Counted from the first letter of the stretch, positions 40,536 through 50,249 are shown. The stretch is DNA of 64,000 nucleotides from Candidatus Paceibacter sp. (GCA_020724885.1 DYGD01000002.1:3038-67037), one strand, 5' to 3'. The notes: a model not told the origin generated them from the sequence alone. Numbers and translations are program-made.

Positions 40536-41804
40536 TTAGAGCTTGAAGATTTTCTGGAGAGAGTTTTTGTTAATATCCTGACCGATAACAGCCAGATTGA
40601 GTTTATGATTTTGAAAAATTTCTTTGGCGATTTTTTGGATGTCGCGAGCAGAAACTTTTTTTATTTCTTTCGCCATATCTTGCGGTGTTTCAAGCGAATG
40701 TTTCAAGACCTCTTGATAACCGAAAAACTCGGCCGTAGCGTCTGACGTCTCAAGACCTAAAAATAAATTGCCAATCAAATAATCTTTGGCTTTTTGCAAT
40801 TCGTTGGCCGGCACTACTTCATTTTCCAGCCGGCGAAATTCCTCTAAAATCGCATTTACAACCTCCTCAACTCTTTTTTTATCAACCCCGCAAGCCACAC
40901 CCAAATAACCGTGGTCGGTGTATTCGTCGGTAAATGACTTAACATAATAGCCAACCCCCATTTCTTCGCGAAGTTTCTGGAACAATCGACTGCTCATTCC
41001 ACTACCTAAAATAGTATTCAAGACCTTAAGCGCCGGAATTTTAGGGCTCTTTATCGGGTATGCTCTGGCACCTAAAATCAAATGGGTTTGGTCGGTCTGC
41101 TTTTGTTTGATTAAAATTTGCGGACTCCCCTGCTTTTCAACTACCTTCGGTTTGCTCTGGCGGTTTCGGTGAGACAAGTCGGCAAAAGCTCTTTTGGCTT
41201 CACGCTCCACCTCTTTTTGGTCAAAATTTCCGGCGACAATCAAAGTGGTGGTGTTGGCCAGATAATGCTTTTTCCGATAATTCACAAAATCCTCCCGCTT
41301 CATACTCCTCACGGTTTCTCTGGTGCCGGCAATGTTCCAACCGGCCGGCTGGTCGCCATAAAGAAGTGACATAAACAAATCGTAAATGTGCCTTTGCGGC
41401 GTATCTTCATACATATTTATTTCTTCAACAATCACACCCTTCTCTTTCTCCATTTCTTCTGTCGGAAAAGTCGGGTTTAGATACAAGTCGGAAATTATGT
41501 CTATGAGTTTGCGAAGGTGTTTCGGATGGGCTTTGGCGTAGTAGCCGGTAAATTCTTGAGCTGTAAAAGCATTATATTGCGAACCGATAGAATCCAGCTC
41601 TCGGCTAATATCTATGGCCTTTGGTCTTTTAATTGTGCCTTTAAAACACATATGCTCCAAAAAGTGCGACAAGCCACTTATTTTTTTGTTCTCATATTTT
41701 GAGCCGGCCTCAACCATTATCAAAACCGTCACCGCCGGATTATCCTTATGCGGCACGGTGATAAGGCGCAGGCCGTTTGGCAGAATTTGTTTTTTGTAGC
41801 GCAT
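40536..41804 (-). CDS. M16 family zinc peptidase (insulinase-like)
   Basis: Inverted zinc motif HFLEHMCF...E. Confidence 0.85.
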   Translation of the reverse strand: MRYKKQILPNGLRLITVPHKDNPAVTVLIMVEAGSKYENKKISGLSHFLEHMCFKGTIKRPKAIDISRELDSIGSQYNAFTAQEFTGYYAKAHPKHLRKLIDIISDLYLNPTFPTEEMEKEKGVIVEEINMYEDTPQRHIYDLFMSLLYGDQPAGWNIAGTRETVRSMKREDFVNYRKKHYLANTTTLIVAGNFDQKEVEREAKRAFADLSHRNRQSKPKVVEKQGSPQILIKQKQTDQTHLILGARAYPIKSPKIPALKVLNTILGSGMSSRLFQKLREEMGVGYYVKSFTDEYTDHGYLGVACGVDKKRVEEVVNAILEEFRRLENEVVPANELQKAKDYLIGNLFLGLETSDATAEFFGYQEVLKHSLETPQDMAKEIKKVSARDIQKIAKEIFQNHKLNLAVIGQDINKNSLQKIFKL

Positions 41805-41815
41805 CAGGTAAAAGA

Positions 41816-43042
41816 TTAACCTAATTTCGTAAATTGCAAAATTTCCCCGCTCAATACCCTTTCTTGCTCGCCGGTATCACGATCACGAATTGTTACCGTG
41901 TCGTCCTCAAGTGTTTGAAAATCAATCGTGACGCAAAAAGGCGTGCCGATTTCATCTTGCCTTCGATAACGTTTGCCGATATTGCCGTTGTCGTCAAAAA
42001 TATCTGTTAGCTTTGAGCTGTTAGCTTTTAGTTTCTGGTAAATTCCCCTGGCTTTTTCCACCAACTGCGGCTTGTTGCGTAAAAGCGGAAAAACAGCGAT
42101 TTGCACCGGCGCGATTTCCGGCTTTAGACGCAAAACTATCCTCTTTTCACCGTTCATTTCATCTTCATCATAAGCTGACACTAGCAGAGCCAAAACCAGT
42201 CGATCTAGACCGAAAGACGGCTCAATGCAATGAGGCACAAATTTTTCTTTGGTTTCTTCGTCAAAATAGCTTAAATCAGCAGAACTGGCTTCCATATGGC
42301 TTTTTAAATCAAAGTCGGTCCGGTAAGCCAAACCGCAAAGCTCTTTCCGGCCGAATGGAAAATCAAATTCAAAGTCAATTGTTCGTTTGGAATAATGGGC
42401 GCGTTCTTTATCAGGCACTTCAAGTTCGTGGAGTCGCGCCGGATCAACACCGATGTTTTCAATCCACCCCTTCATTTCTTTCCGCCACTCTTCAAAAAAT
42501 TCTTGCCAGTTTTTTTCTTTAATGAAATATTCAATCTCCATTTGTTCAAATTCTCTAGTCCGAAAGATAAAATCCCGAGGTGAAATTTCGTTTCGGAAGG
42601 CCTTGCCGATTTGGGCGATACCAAAAGGTAGAGCGGGGCTGAAGGCATCTAAATAATTTTTAAAATTAGCGAAGATTCCTTGCGCGGTTTCCGGCCGGAG
42701 ATAAGAAGTCACAGCATCTTCGCCGGCGCCAACCGAGGTCTGAAACATAGTGTTGAACCTGCCCCCGTCTTGCGTCGGATCGGAAAATCCAGACACATGG
42801 CCTGATGTCTCCCAAACCTTTGGATTCAAAATAATCGCGGAATCAATCCCAAACAAATCTTCCCGACCTCTGACAAATTTCTGCCACCAAAGATTCTTAA
42901 TATTCTGCTTCAACATCAAACCGTAATGCCCGTAGTCCCAAAACCCCGCGAAACCACCGTAAATTTCAGAACCGGGAAAAACAAATCCGCGACGTTTACA
43001 GAGAGAAACAATTTTTTGCATCAAGTCCGTTTTATCCTCCAT
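41816..43042 (-). CDS. glyQS: Glycyl-tRNA synthetase, alpha2 dimeric type
   Basis: Class II motifs; FVFPGSEIYGGFAGFWDYGHYG N-terminus typical of GlyQS. Confidence 0.9.
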   Translation of the reverse strand: MEDKTDLMQKIVSLCKRRGFVFPGSEIYGGFAGFWDYGHYGLMLKQNIKNLWWQKFVRGREDLFGIDSAIILNPKVWETSGHVSGFSDPTQDGGRFNTMFQTSVGAGEDAVTSYLRPETAQGIFANFKNYLDAFSPALPFGIAQIGKAFRNEISPRDFIFRTREFEQMEIEYFIKEKNWQEFFEEWRKEMKGWIENIGVDPARLHELEVPDKERAHYSKRTIDFEFDFPFGRKELCGLAYRTDFDLKSHMEASSADLSYFDEETKEKFVPHCIEPSFGLDRLVLALLVSAYDEDEMNGEKRIVLRLKPEIAPVQIAVFPLLRNKPQLVEKARGIYQKLKANSSKLTDIFDDNGNIGKRYRRQDEIGTPFCVTIDFQTLEDDTVTIRDRDTGEQERVLSGEILQFTKLG

Positions 43043-43053
43043 TTTTTTTTGAT

Positions 43054-45018
43054 TTAGGGCGACTCTACCCGACCCATTTGAAATGAATAAATGGGATCGG
43101 TATTAATCCTGATAGTTGCTGGCGGTTTTCGGTCTGAGACCTCGCTCCCAGTAAAAATATCGCGCCCAACTGAAAAAACTTCACCAACCAATTCCGGCTC
43201 TTTATTAACCTGGCTTAAGCTTGGAGAAAATCTCAATTGAAAAGCCACTTCCAAAGGCGCGTTCACAACGCCTTGGCCGGCCGGCAACCGATTTACACTC
43301 CACTTAATAATACGGGTTTCGGGATCAAATTTCAAATCTGCCGAAGACGGACTGAATCTACCCAACCATTCCACATACACAGGCAAAACAGCGCTGGCTT
43401 CAAAACCCTCAACATCGTTTATATTATTCACCGCCGACCAAATAATAGTATAAGTAGTTGTTCTTTCGGCCACTGGAGGTAGCGGACCGGAATTAACAAA
43501 TGGCCCTATGGAATAAACTGCGCGCGAGCCAACTGACATATTTGTCTCAATTTTTATCGGTCTCGTGGAAGAAATCGTGACTTCTTCCGGCGGACGACCT
43601 TCCAGGAGCCGTGTCCCGACAATTACGGCTTCAAGATCAACGCGAGAATTTCTTAAATTTTCCCAATCTCGAGCGGTAAAATTATTGATCTTGAAAGAAA
43701 AATCAAAAACACCCCCCTGGCCGGCGCGAACCTTTAGGAGCTCAGAAAAAGTGTTCTTGTCCCAAACCACGGAATTATCCTGCGAGCGATAAAATCCTCT
43801 GCGATCCGGCAACACAGACGCCCTGTCCCAACCGTTGCCGTCGAAAGATAGAACGACAGAAACATCATTCAGGTCGTCTGGTAGATTGTTGCGCCAATTA
43901 ACCTGACCGCGAATAGTGTTACCGAGCTTGCTTACATATTCGCCAGATCCGGAGCCATCAATTGTCAAAGATAAATCAGCCGCGGGTTGCCTCACGAAGA
44001 TTGACTCGTTTTGAGAAACAAGCTCTGTACCAATCAACCGCTCATCGTTTTGATTTTGTATTCCAACTGAATACCTGAAATTTTTTTCTTCTCCTTCTCG
44101 ACCGACAATAATGCCGTTTATCAAGATCTCTTTCCTCTGACGCGGTTCTAAATCACCCAAAAACCAGATCCTGTTATCAAAAGTAGGGGCTGGATTGGAA
44201 CTGCTGAAAGAAAAATCATCTGGATATTCGGCGACCAACATCGCATTTTTTAAAGCAAAATTAGAGTTTGAAACAATTGTGACGCTTGTCCCGATATTTT
44301 GTCCAGACCGCGCCTCCGGCAAAGCGGAGATAAAGACCGAAACTGGGGAAGAACGGAGTTCAACTTTATAAATTTTTTCTTTCGTAAAAACACTGCGTCC
44401 TTCACCTGTCCGATATTGAACCGTAATCTTAATTTCCTTGACACTCTGAGCGGAACCGAAAAGAACCGCCTCAAAAACTTTTGAAAATCTGCCTGTTTTC
44501 GGGGCCAAAATCCCAATATCATCTTCTTGCCGTAAAATTGGTCTTTGGAGATCTTCGGGGTCGCGAGTTTCTTCCGGATATTCCAAAATCAAAACCACAT
44601 CCTCCAAAGGTATCCTATTTCTATTCAAAACCGAGACATCCAGAGAGATTCGCTCGCCGGCTTCTACTGAAGTCACCCCTCTGACCTCAATAGAAATCTT
44701 GTCAGGACTAACACGATTAAAACCAAGAAAGACCGAGAGCATTGCAACTGCTGTAGCCAAAAACGCAAAAACTACCGAAGAGATAAGTGTCCTCTTCAAA
44801 ATCGACGGGGAAATCCTTAATTTTTTCTTTTGTTTTTTAGGTTCTGTGGGCGTCCAAGTTTTTTGGGCCTGAGGTTCATTTTTCCGCAAACCATGCTTAA
44901 ATTGCCTCAAAACCGGCGGGCGGCCCTGGGCGTAAAGTTCTCGTTCCAACCGATTTATAGCATCTGGCTTGTCGTCCTGTTCAGAGTTGCCATTTTGGTT
45001 TTTTCTTTCTTCATCCAT
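43054..45018 (-). CDS. Large membrane-anchored hypothetical protein (single N-terminal TM, ~550-aa extracytoplasmic region)
   Basis: TM LISSVVFAFLATAVAMLSVFLGF; no recognisable domains. Confidence 0.45.
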   Translation of the reverse strand: MDEERKNQNGNSEQDDKPDAINRLERELYAQGRPPVLRQFKHGLRKNEPQAQKTWTPTEPKKQKKKLRISPSILKRTLISSVVFAFLATAVAMLSVFLGFNRVSPDKISIEVRGVTSVEAGERISLDVSVLNRNRIPLEDVVLILEYPEETRDPEDLQRPILRQEDDIGILAPKTGRFSKVFEAVLFGSAQSVKEIKITVQYRTGEGRSVFTKEKIYKVELRSSPVSVFISALPEARSGQNIGTSVTIVSNSNFALKNAMLVAEYPDDFSFSSSNPAPTFDNRIWFLGDLEPRQRKEILINGIIVGREGEEKNFRYSVGIQNQNDERLIGTELVSQNESIFVRQPAADLSLTIDGSGSGEYVSKLGNTIRGQVNWRNNLPDDLNDVSVVLSFDGNGWDRASVLPDRRGFYRSQDNSVVWDKNTFSELLKVRAGQGGVFDFSFKINNFTARDWENLRNSRVDLEAVIVGTRLLEGRPPEEVTISSTRPIKIETNMSVGSRAVYSIGPFVNSGPLPPVAERTTTYTIIWSAVNNINDVEGFEASAVLPVYVEWLGRFSPSSADLKFDPETRIIKWSVNRLPAGQGVVNAPLEVAFQLRFSPSLSQVNKEPELVGEVFSVGRDIFTGSEVSDRKPPATIRINTDPIYSFQMGRVESP

Positions 45019-45041
45019 ACAAAGAAAATTTTATCATAAAA

Positions 45042-45638
45042 CTAAATCAACTGACTGGCTCGAAGTGATTGGTTTATTTCCTTAATTGCTGCCCGGCGCC
45101 AGGAACTAAAAACATCCAAGTCGCCAGGAGAAATCTTCCGCCCGGACAAAAGACCGCGCCAAGGACCGCCTTCCCCAAGATATCCGAGAGAATCCAGCAA
45201 TTTCAACACAGCTATGCATTCAAAGTTCCTTAGATTATCACCCGTCAATTCATTCTCCAAAAGAAAATGAATATCATTACGAATCACATCAAACAAAAGC
45301 GGGTTTGACTGATCTGCCGGCAATAATTTCAAAAGCAGAGCTGAAAATCTTGAAACAAATAAAACCTTTTCCTTCGATTGCCAGCTAAGTAAAAAATACA
45401 AATTAAAAAAAGTGAAAGCATCGGTAATTTTCCAACCATTCTTGCCTTTAATAAAGGTAAATCTACCGACAGAATAGTCGGTTAAAGCCGGTTTAAGTTT
45501 TGAGTGTGGGGCCCGGGCACTTTGCGCCCGGGCATAAATCAATCCCAACTCGCGAGTAAAAATTTTATATATTTTACTGGCTTCGCCGGAATTAAAATTT
45601 GCCAAAACAAAGCCAGAAGTATGATATTTGTGATACAT
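45042..45638 (-). CDS. recO: DNA repair protein RecO-like
   Basis: N-terminal OB region GFVLANFNSGEASKIYKIFTRELGLIYARAQSAR; size ~200 aa. Confidence 0.55.
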   Translation of the reverse strand: MYHKYHTSGFVLANFNSGEASKIYKIFTRELGLIYARAQSARAPHSKLKPALTDYSVGRFTFIKGKNGWKITDAFTFFNLYFLLSWQSKEKVLFVSRFSALLLKLLPADQSNPLLFDVIRNDIHFLLENELTGDNLRNFECIAVLKLLDSLGYLGEGGPWRGLLSGRKISPGDLDVFSSWRRAAIKEINQSLRASQLI

Positions 45639-48600
45639 TTATAACTCGTCCAACTTAATGCCGCTTTCAGCGAACTTAATTTTAACTTTAGTCTGTCTGT
45701 AAATTTCTTTCTCCGAACCGCTTATAAAATTTTCCAAACCACGGTCAAAGACAAATTCAACTTCTTCGTTCGGTTTTAGATTTTTTTTCTTTCTTAAATC
45801 TTGAATCTGGCGAATAAGATCTCTTAGGAGTCCTTTCTTTTTCAATTCAGGAGTGATATTGGTATCAAGCATAACATCATTTTCTTGGCTTGAATCAAAA
45901 ACAATAATTTCAACATTAACCTCATCCTTAATGATTTTTAATAAATCCTCTAAGTATTTTAAATTTTCGTCTTTTAAGATCAGCTTTCCTAAAGGTTGGC
46001 GCACTTTTACACCTGCTCTAGCTCTGGCCTCAAGCGCCTTAGAAGTAATTTGTCTTACAATTTTCATGTCTTCAATTATCTTTTGATCAACCTCGCCCGC
46101 TACTGGCCAGTTTTCCAAATGGACACTTTCTTTTTTGCCTACAAAGTTCAGCTCCTGATAAATCCGCTCGGCTAAAAACGGCGTAAACGGGGCCATGAGT
46201 TTTGAAAGCTCAAGCAAAACAAAGCTCAATGTCTCCACCGCCTCTCTTCGGCTGTCTTCTGCTCTAAATCTGTCTCGCGAGCGGCGAACATACCAAGTTG
46301 AAAAATCGTCAACAAAATCAGCTATCGGACGCGTCGCTCTATCAAGCTCGTAATTTTCCAAAGATTTTGTAATTTCTTTGATCAGCTGATTGAGCCGCGC
46401 GAGAACCCATCCATCCAAAACATTTTTAGAATTTGTAGCGACACTGGCTGCCAACCCCTGATTTTCATACAACTTGTAAAACTGCAAGACATTTCCGAGA
46501 CGCAAAAGAACCTTTTGCATTGTTTCTTGCACTCCTTTTTCCGAAAAATTTAAGTCCTGGCCACGGACGACCGGCGAAGACAGGAGGTACAGACGTAGCG
46601 CATCGGCGCTATATTTGTTTGCAACCTCCAAAGGGTCTGGGTAATTCTTCAGCCGCTTGGACATTTTTTGCCCGTCTTCCGCCAAAATTGTTCCGTTAAC
46701 CACAACCGTTTTATAGGAACTTTTGCCGAAAAGTAAAGTGCCTAAAACAAGCATTGAATAAAACCAACCGCGGGTTTGGTCAAGGCCTTCGGCGATAAAA
46801 TCGGCCGGATAACCTTTAGACCTTCGCAAAAATCCGGACTTAGGATTAAATTCAATAAGATTTTCAAAAGGATAATGTTTTTGGGCGTAAGGCATTGAAC
46901 CGGATTCAAACCAGCAATCAAAAACTTCCGGCACCCTCTTCATCTTGCTACCGCACCTGCAAGACAACTTTATTTCATCAATAAACGGCCGGTGCAATTC
47001 AAGCTCAAAATTTTCATTTCTGGGCAAAGGAGAATATTCTATTTCTTTAAACTGGCCGGTCGTAACATAATCTTCATACTTGTCTTTAACTCTGGCCGAA
47101 GTTTTGCTGTCCCAACCCAAGGCGCCCGCTTCCATCATCCAAATCGGATATTCATGACTGACAACTAAAATAGTTTTATTTTTAAACCGTTTTTCCAAAT
47201 CGGTAAGAAAATTGCAAACTCTGATTTTAACATCTAGCAAATTTTCACCGTCGGGCGGTCTTTTGGAAAACTTTTCCAAAGTAGAAGAAAAATGTTTTCT
47301 GTATTCTTCAATCGGACGAAGATTAAATTCACCGGAATTTATTTCTCTGATTCTCTCGTCAAAAATTATTTTTTCTTTTGGAAATCCTGTTTCGGAAGCG
47401 ATAATTTCGGCCGTTTCCCTAGTTCTGGCAAAGTCAGAAGAAAAAATGGTGTCTATTTTCTTGCCTCTAAGTTTGGCGGCAACGGTTTGCGCTTCTTGCC
47501 TGCCCTTCTCGGTCAGATTATGCGGATTCTCCGGTCGGCCGCTAACAATGTTTTTAGCATTGCTTTCAGCCTCGCCGTGGCGAATCAAAATATAGCGATT
47601 ACCACTTTTTTCACAATTTGCTGAAAGCTCGCCCACCGAACCAACAAATTTTTTTTCCTCGCATTTTTCGCATTCCCAAACTGGAATCGGCGCGCCCCAA
47701 AAACGACTGCGAGAAATTGACCAATCTTTGGCCTCCGAAAGCCAATTGCCGAAGCGATATTTGCCGACCTCTTCCGGCACCCACCTGATTTTTTTATTTT
47801 CCGAAACCAGCTTTTCGCGATGTTTTGAGACCTCAACAAACCACGAGTTTGAGCCGTAGTTCAAAAGTGGCGTGTCGCAACGCCAGCAGTGAGGATAAGA
47901 ATGCGAAACTTTTCTCTTTGAGAATAAGAGTCCTTTATGCGCTAGATGTTTTATAATTTCAATGTCGGTTTTTTGATTGTCCTCTTTCGGCTTCGCGCTC
48001 ATTCCGGAAAATTCCTCAATCTCCGACTTAAATTTGCCACTAATATCCACATGCTGAACGAATGGTAAATTTTCTCTGCGTTGCAATTCATAATCTTCCG
48101 AGCCGAAAGCCGGCGCGACGTGAACAATGCCCGTCCCCTCTTCAAGAGAAACGAAATCGGCACTGTAAACCTTCCAGCCGTTTTCTCGGCTTTTTAGTTT
48201 TTTGTCACTTGAGTAATAATCAAAAAGTGGCTCGTATTCAAGACCAATTAATTTCTTGCCTTTGAATTCTTCAACAATTTCAAATCTTTTATCAGCAAAA
48301 ATTTCCTCCGCCCGATTTTTGGCAACAACATACTCTCCGTCTTCAAGTTTTGCTTTGACATAATCAATGTCAGAATTAACCGCTAAAGCGACATTCCCCG
48401 GCAATGTCCACGGTGTTGTCGTCCAAGCTAGCAAGTAAGTTTTGCCGTGTTTTGGAATTTCGAATTTGGAATTTATTTGTGATTTGGCGCTTGTGATTTG
48501 GAATTTAGCAACAACTGATATATCAGTCACGTCGCGATATCCTTGTGCAACTTCAAAGTTGGAAAGAGTGGTTTCGCAACGCGGACAAAGGTGCATTGAC

Positions 48601-49157
48601 TTAAATCCCTCATACACCACACCTTTTTGAAAAAGGGTTTTGAAAGCCCACCAGACCGACTCGGTGTAGGTCCAGTCCATTGTCCGGTAGTCGTTTTCCA
48701 TATCCACCCACCGGCCGAAGCGCGGAATTTGTTTGCGCCACTCATCGGCATAACGCAAAACGCTTTCGCTAGCAATTTGATTAAATTTGTCCAATCCGTA
48801 GTCAATTATTTCTTTTTTTGACTTCAGATTTAGCTCGCCTTCAACCAAGTTTTCAACCGGTAGGCCATGGCAATCCCAGCCCCACCGTCTCGGCACATAG
48901 TAACCTTGCATAGTTTTGAAACGAGGAATAACATCTTTTATCGTTCCGGCCAAAATATGGCCGTAGTGCGGCAAGCCGGTCGCAAAAGGCGGTCCGTCAT
49001 AAAATATAAACTCCTTGCCCGCAGAAGCTATGGCTTTGGCGGGACCTATTGGAGATGTCTTCTGCAGAGTTTTTTCAAAAATTTTATTTTCCCGCCAAAA
49101 TTGTAGAATTTCTTCCTCATTTTCCGAAAGCGGGTTTTTCTTAGTTTCTTCGGGCAT
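45639..49157 (-). CDS. ileS: Isoleucyl-tRNA synthetase with an internal histidine-phosphatase (phosphoglycerate-mutase family) domain insertion
   Basis: HIGH-type PHYGHIL, KMSKRLKN. Between ...GAPIPVWECEKCE and ...RCGSKMKRVPEVFDCWFESGSMPYAQ lies a ~220-aa insertion with ILIRHGEAESN, SSDFARTRETAEII and VVSHEYPI motifs. Confidence 0.9.
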   Translation of the reverse strand: MPEETKKNPLSENEEEILQFWRENKIFEKTLQKTSPIGPAKAIASAGKEFIFYDGPPFATGLPHYGHILAGTIKDVIPRFKTMQGYYVPRRWGWDCHGLPVENLVEGELNLKSKKEIIDYGLDKFNQIASESVLRYADEWRKQIPRFGRWVDMENDYRTMDWTYTESVWWAFKTLFQKGVVYEGFKSMHLCPRCETTLSNFEVAQGYRDVTDISVVAKFQITSAKSQINSKFEIPKHGKTYLLAWTTTPWTLPGNVALAVNSDIDYVKAKLEDGEYVVAKNRAEEIFADKRFEIVEEFKGKKLIGLEYEPLFDYYSSDKKLKSRENGWKVYSADFVSLEEGTGIVHVAPAFGSEDYELQRRENLPFVQHVDISGKFKSEIEEFSGMSAKPKEDNQKTDIEIIKHLAHKGLLFSKRKVSHSYPHCWRCDTPLLNYGSNSWFVEVSKHREKLVSENKKIRWVPEEVGKYRFGNWLSEAKDWSISRSRFWGAPIPVWECEKCEEKKFVGSVGELSANCEKSGNRYILIRHGEAESNAKNIVSGRPENPHNLTEKGRQEAQTVAAKLRGKKIDTIFSSDFARTRETAEIIASETGFPKEKIIFDERIREINSGEFNLRPIEEYRKHFSSTLEKFSKRPPDGENLLDVKIRVCNFLTDLEKRFKNKTILVVSHEYPIWMMEAGALGWDSKTSARVKDKYEDYVTTGQFKEIEYSPLPRNENFELELHRPFIDEIKLSCRCGSKMKRVPEVFDCWFESGSMPYAQKHYPFENLIEFNPKSGFLRRSKGYPADFIAEGLDQTRGWFYSMLVLGTLLFGKSSYKTVVVNGTILAEDGQKMSKRLKNYPDPLEVANKYSADALRLYLLSSPVVRGQDLNFSEKGVQETMQKVLLRLGNVLQFYKLYENQGLAASVATNSKNVLDGWVLARLNQLIKEITKSLENYELDRATRPIADFVDDFSTWYVRRSRDRFRAEDSRREAVETLSFVLLELSKLMAPFTPFLAERIYQELNFVGKKESVHLENWPVAGEVDQKIIEDMKIVRQITSKALEARARAGVKVRQPLGKLILKDENLKYLEDLLKIIKDEVNVEIIVFDSSQENDVMLDTNITPELKKKGLLRDLIRQIQDLRKKKNLKPNEEVEFVFDRGLENFISGSEKEIYRQTKVKIKFAESGIKLDEL
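46985..47615 (-). other. Histidine phosphatase (RHG branch-1) domain inserted in IleS (aa ~505-725)
   Basis: RHGE[ST]xxN, SSDxxRxxxTA and SHE motifs in order. Confidence 0.7.
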
Positions 49158-49233
49158 AAAAACAATTTTATCACTTTTGTAATGACTTACAAAAACAAAA
49201 CTCCCCCGCGCAAGCAGGAGAGAAAGAAGAGAT

Positions 49234-49349
49234 TTGCGAGGAGAGCGGGGTTGTTCCGGTTCCAGTCGTTGTCGAGCCAGTTCCAGTTGACCTTGACGCG
49301 GTTGCCGTTCCAGATGAGGTAGGCAACCTTGCGATTGCCGCCGGACTCC
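49234..49349 (-). repeat. DGR template repeat (TR), 116 bp, in the leader of ileS
   Basis: Minus strand reads ...AAT CGC AAG ... AAC GGC AAC ... AAC TGG AAC TGG ... AAC GAC TGG AAC CGG AAC AAC CCC GCT CTC CTC GCA A (Asn/AAC-rich); identical to VR except at adenines. Confidence 0.85.
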
Positions 49350-49622
49350 TGTTGTGTGTGAAGCGCCGTCCGTGCCACCACCCAGCGTGAATGATTTTTA
49401 TCAATCTTCTGGATTGAATCTTATGCCGCATCTCAAATGCGAGAGCGCTTCAAACCAAGTTCCTTCATTTTTTGAAGTTACCCGCATACCACTCTCCCTG
49501 AAGCCTTGACCACAGGAACTCTCGATATACGGATACTGGTTTCGGTAGCCGGAAGCCGTAACCGCCGGTAACTATTCACCTAATACCGCTTTTATTTATA
49601 TCAAATTTTTTGAGGTACGAAA

Positions 49623-49643
49623 ATGCCGCGCACTGCGTGCGCG
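49623..49643 (-). promoter_or_regulatory. GC hairpin gccgcgcac-tgc-gtgcgcggc ~70 nt downstream of VR (candidate DGR-associated hairpin/cruciform)
   Basis: 9-bp perfect GC stem read from sequence; role inferred from position relative to VR. Confidence 0.4.
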
Positions 49644-49697
49644 GCACAAGATCCAATGGCCAAAGTGCCAAAGCACAGAAACCAAAGGATCAAGAGT

Positions 49698-50249
49698 TCA
49701 AAAATCAAAGGAACTTGCGAGGAGAGCGGGGCAGTCCCGGCGCCAGTCGTCGCCGAGCCAGCGCCAGAGGACCAAGACGCGGTCGCCGTACCAGACGAGG
49801 TAGGCAACCCTGCGACGGCCGCCGGACTCCCGGACAGAACCCCACAGGGAAACCACCTTGTCTTTGAACTCGTCCGGGTAAGTCGTCGGATTGTCGAGCC
49901 AGCCCTTGACCTCCGGGCTCTCCAATGAGCTAGCGCGCTTGATCATACCGGTCTGATCAAGATGTCTAAAGAGTTCAAATCCATCAATCACCCCTCCGCC
50001 TTCTTGTGTTGGATGGAAGTAGAGTTCGTAATCAGGAGGCATCAGCGCCTCGCGAAGCGTTCTGGTGAGAGAACCCTGATTTGTGATCCATCCCTGGGCC
50101 ACATCAGGATCCATGTCTCGAGGCAGACCCCGCGCAACCGCAGACATCAGTTCAGAGAACTGATCAATTCCCATCAGTCCTCCCCGTCCTTCTTTCTTTT
50201 TCCTACCCATTCCGAATTCTCCTTTCTGGCTTACCTCTGATTCGGCCAC
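49698..50249 (-). CDS. DGR target protein with C-terminal variable region (GC-rich gene; probable start at Met26, 50174, preceded by GGAGG)
   Basis: C-terminus ESGGRRRVAYLVWYGDRVLVLWRWLGDDWRRDCPALLA corresponds to TR-encoded ESGGNRKVAYLIWNGNRVKVNWNWLDNDWNRNNPALLA; no signal peptide. Confidence 0.75.
   Translation of the reverse strand: MAESEVSQKGEFGMGRKKKEGRGGLMGIDQFSELMSAVARGLPRDMDPDVAQGWITNQGSLTRTLREALMPPDYELYFHPTQEGGGVIDGFELFRHLDQTGMIKRASSLESPEVKGWLDNPTTYPDEFKDKVVSLWGSVRESGGRRRVAYLVWYGDRVLVLWRWLGDDWRRDCPALLASSFDF
49715..49830 (-). repeat. DGR variable repeat (VR), 116 bp, 3' end of target gene
   Basis: Aligned base-for-base with TR; ~22 mismatches, every one at a TR adenine (coding strand), e.g. 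AAT->CGT, AAC->TAC/GAC/CTC/CGC/TGC, AAG->TTG; ends with GC-rich CCCCGCTCTCCTCGCAA (IMH-like). Confidence 0.85.

Noticed and set aside
49171-49807. ORFs 49171..49431, 49187..49381 and 49601..49807
   Set aside because: Alternative-frame or template-copy translations of the DGR TR/VR repeats, not independent genes. The TR is expected to be non-coding.
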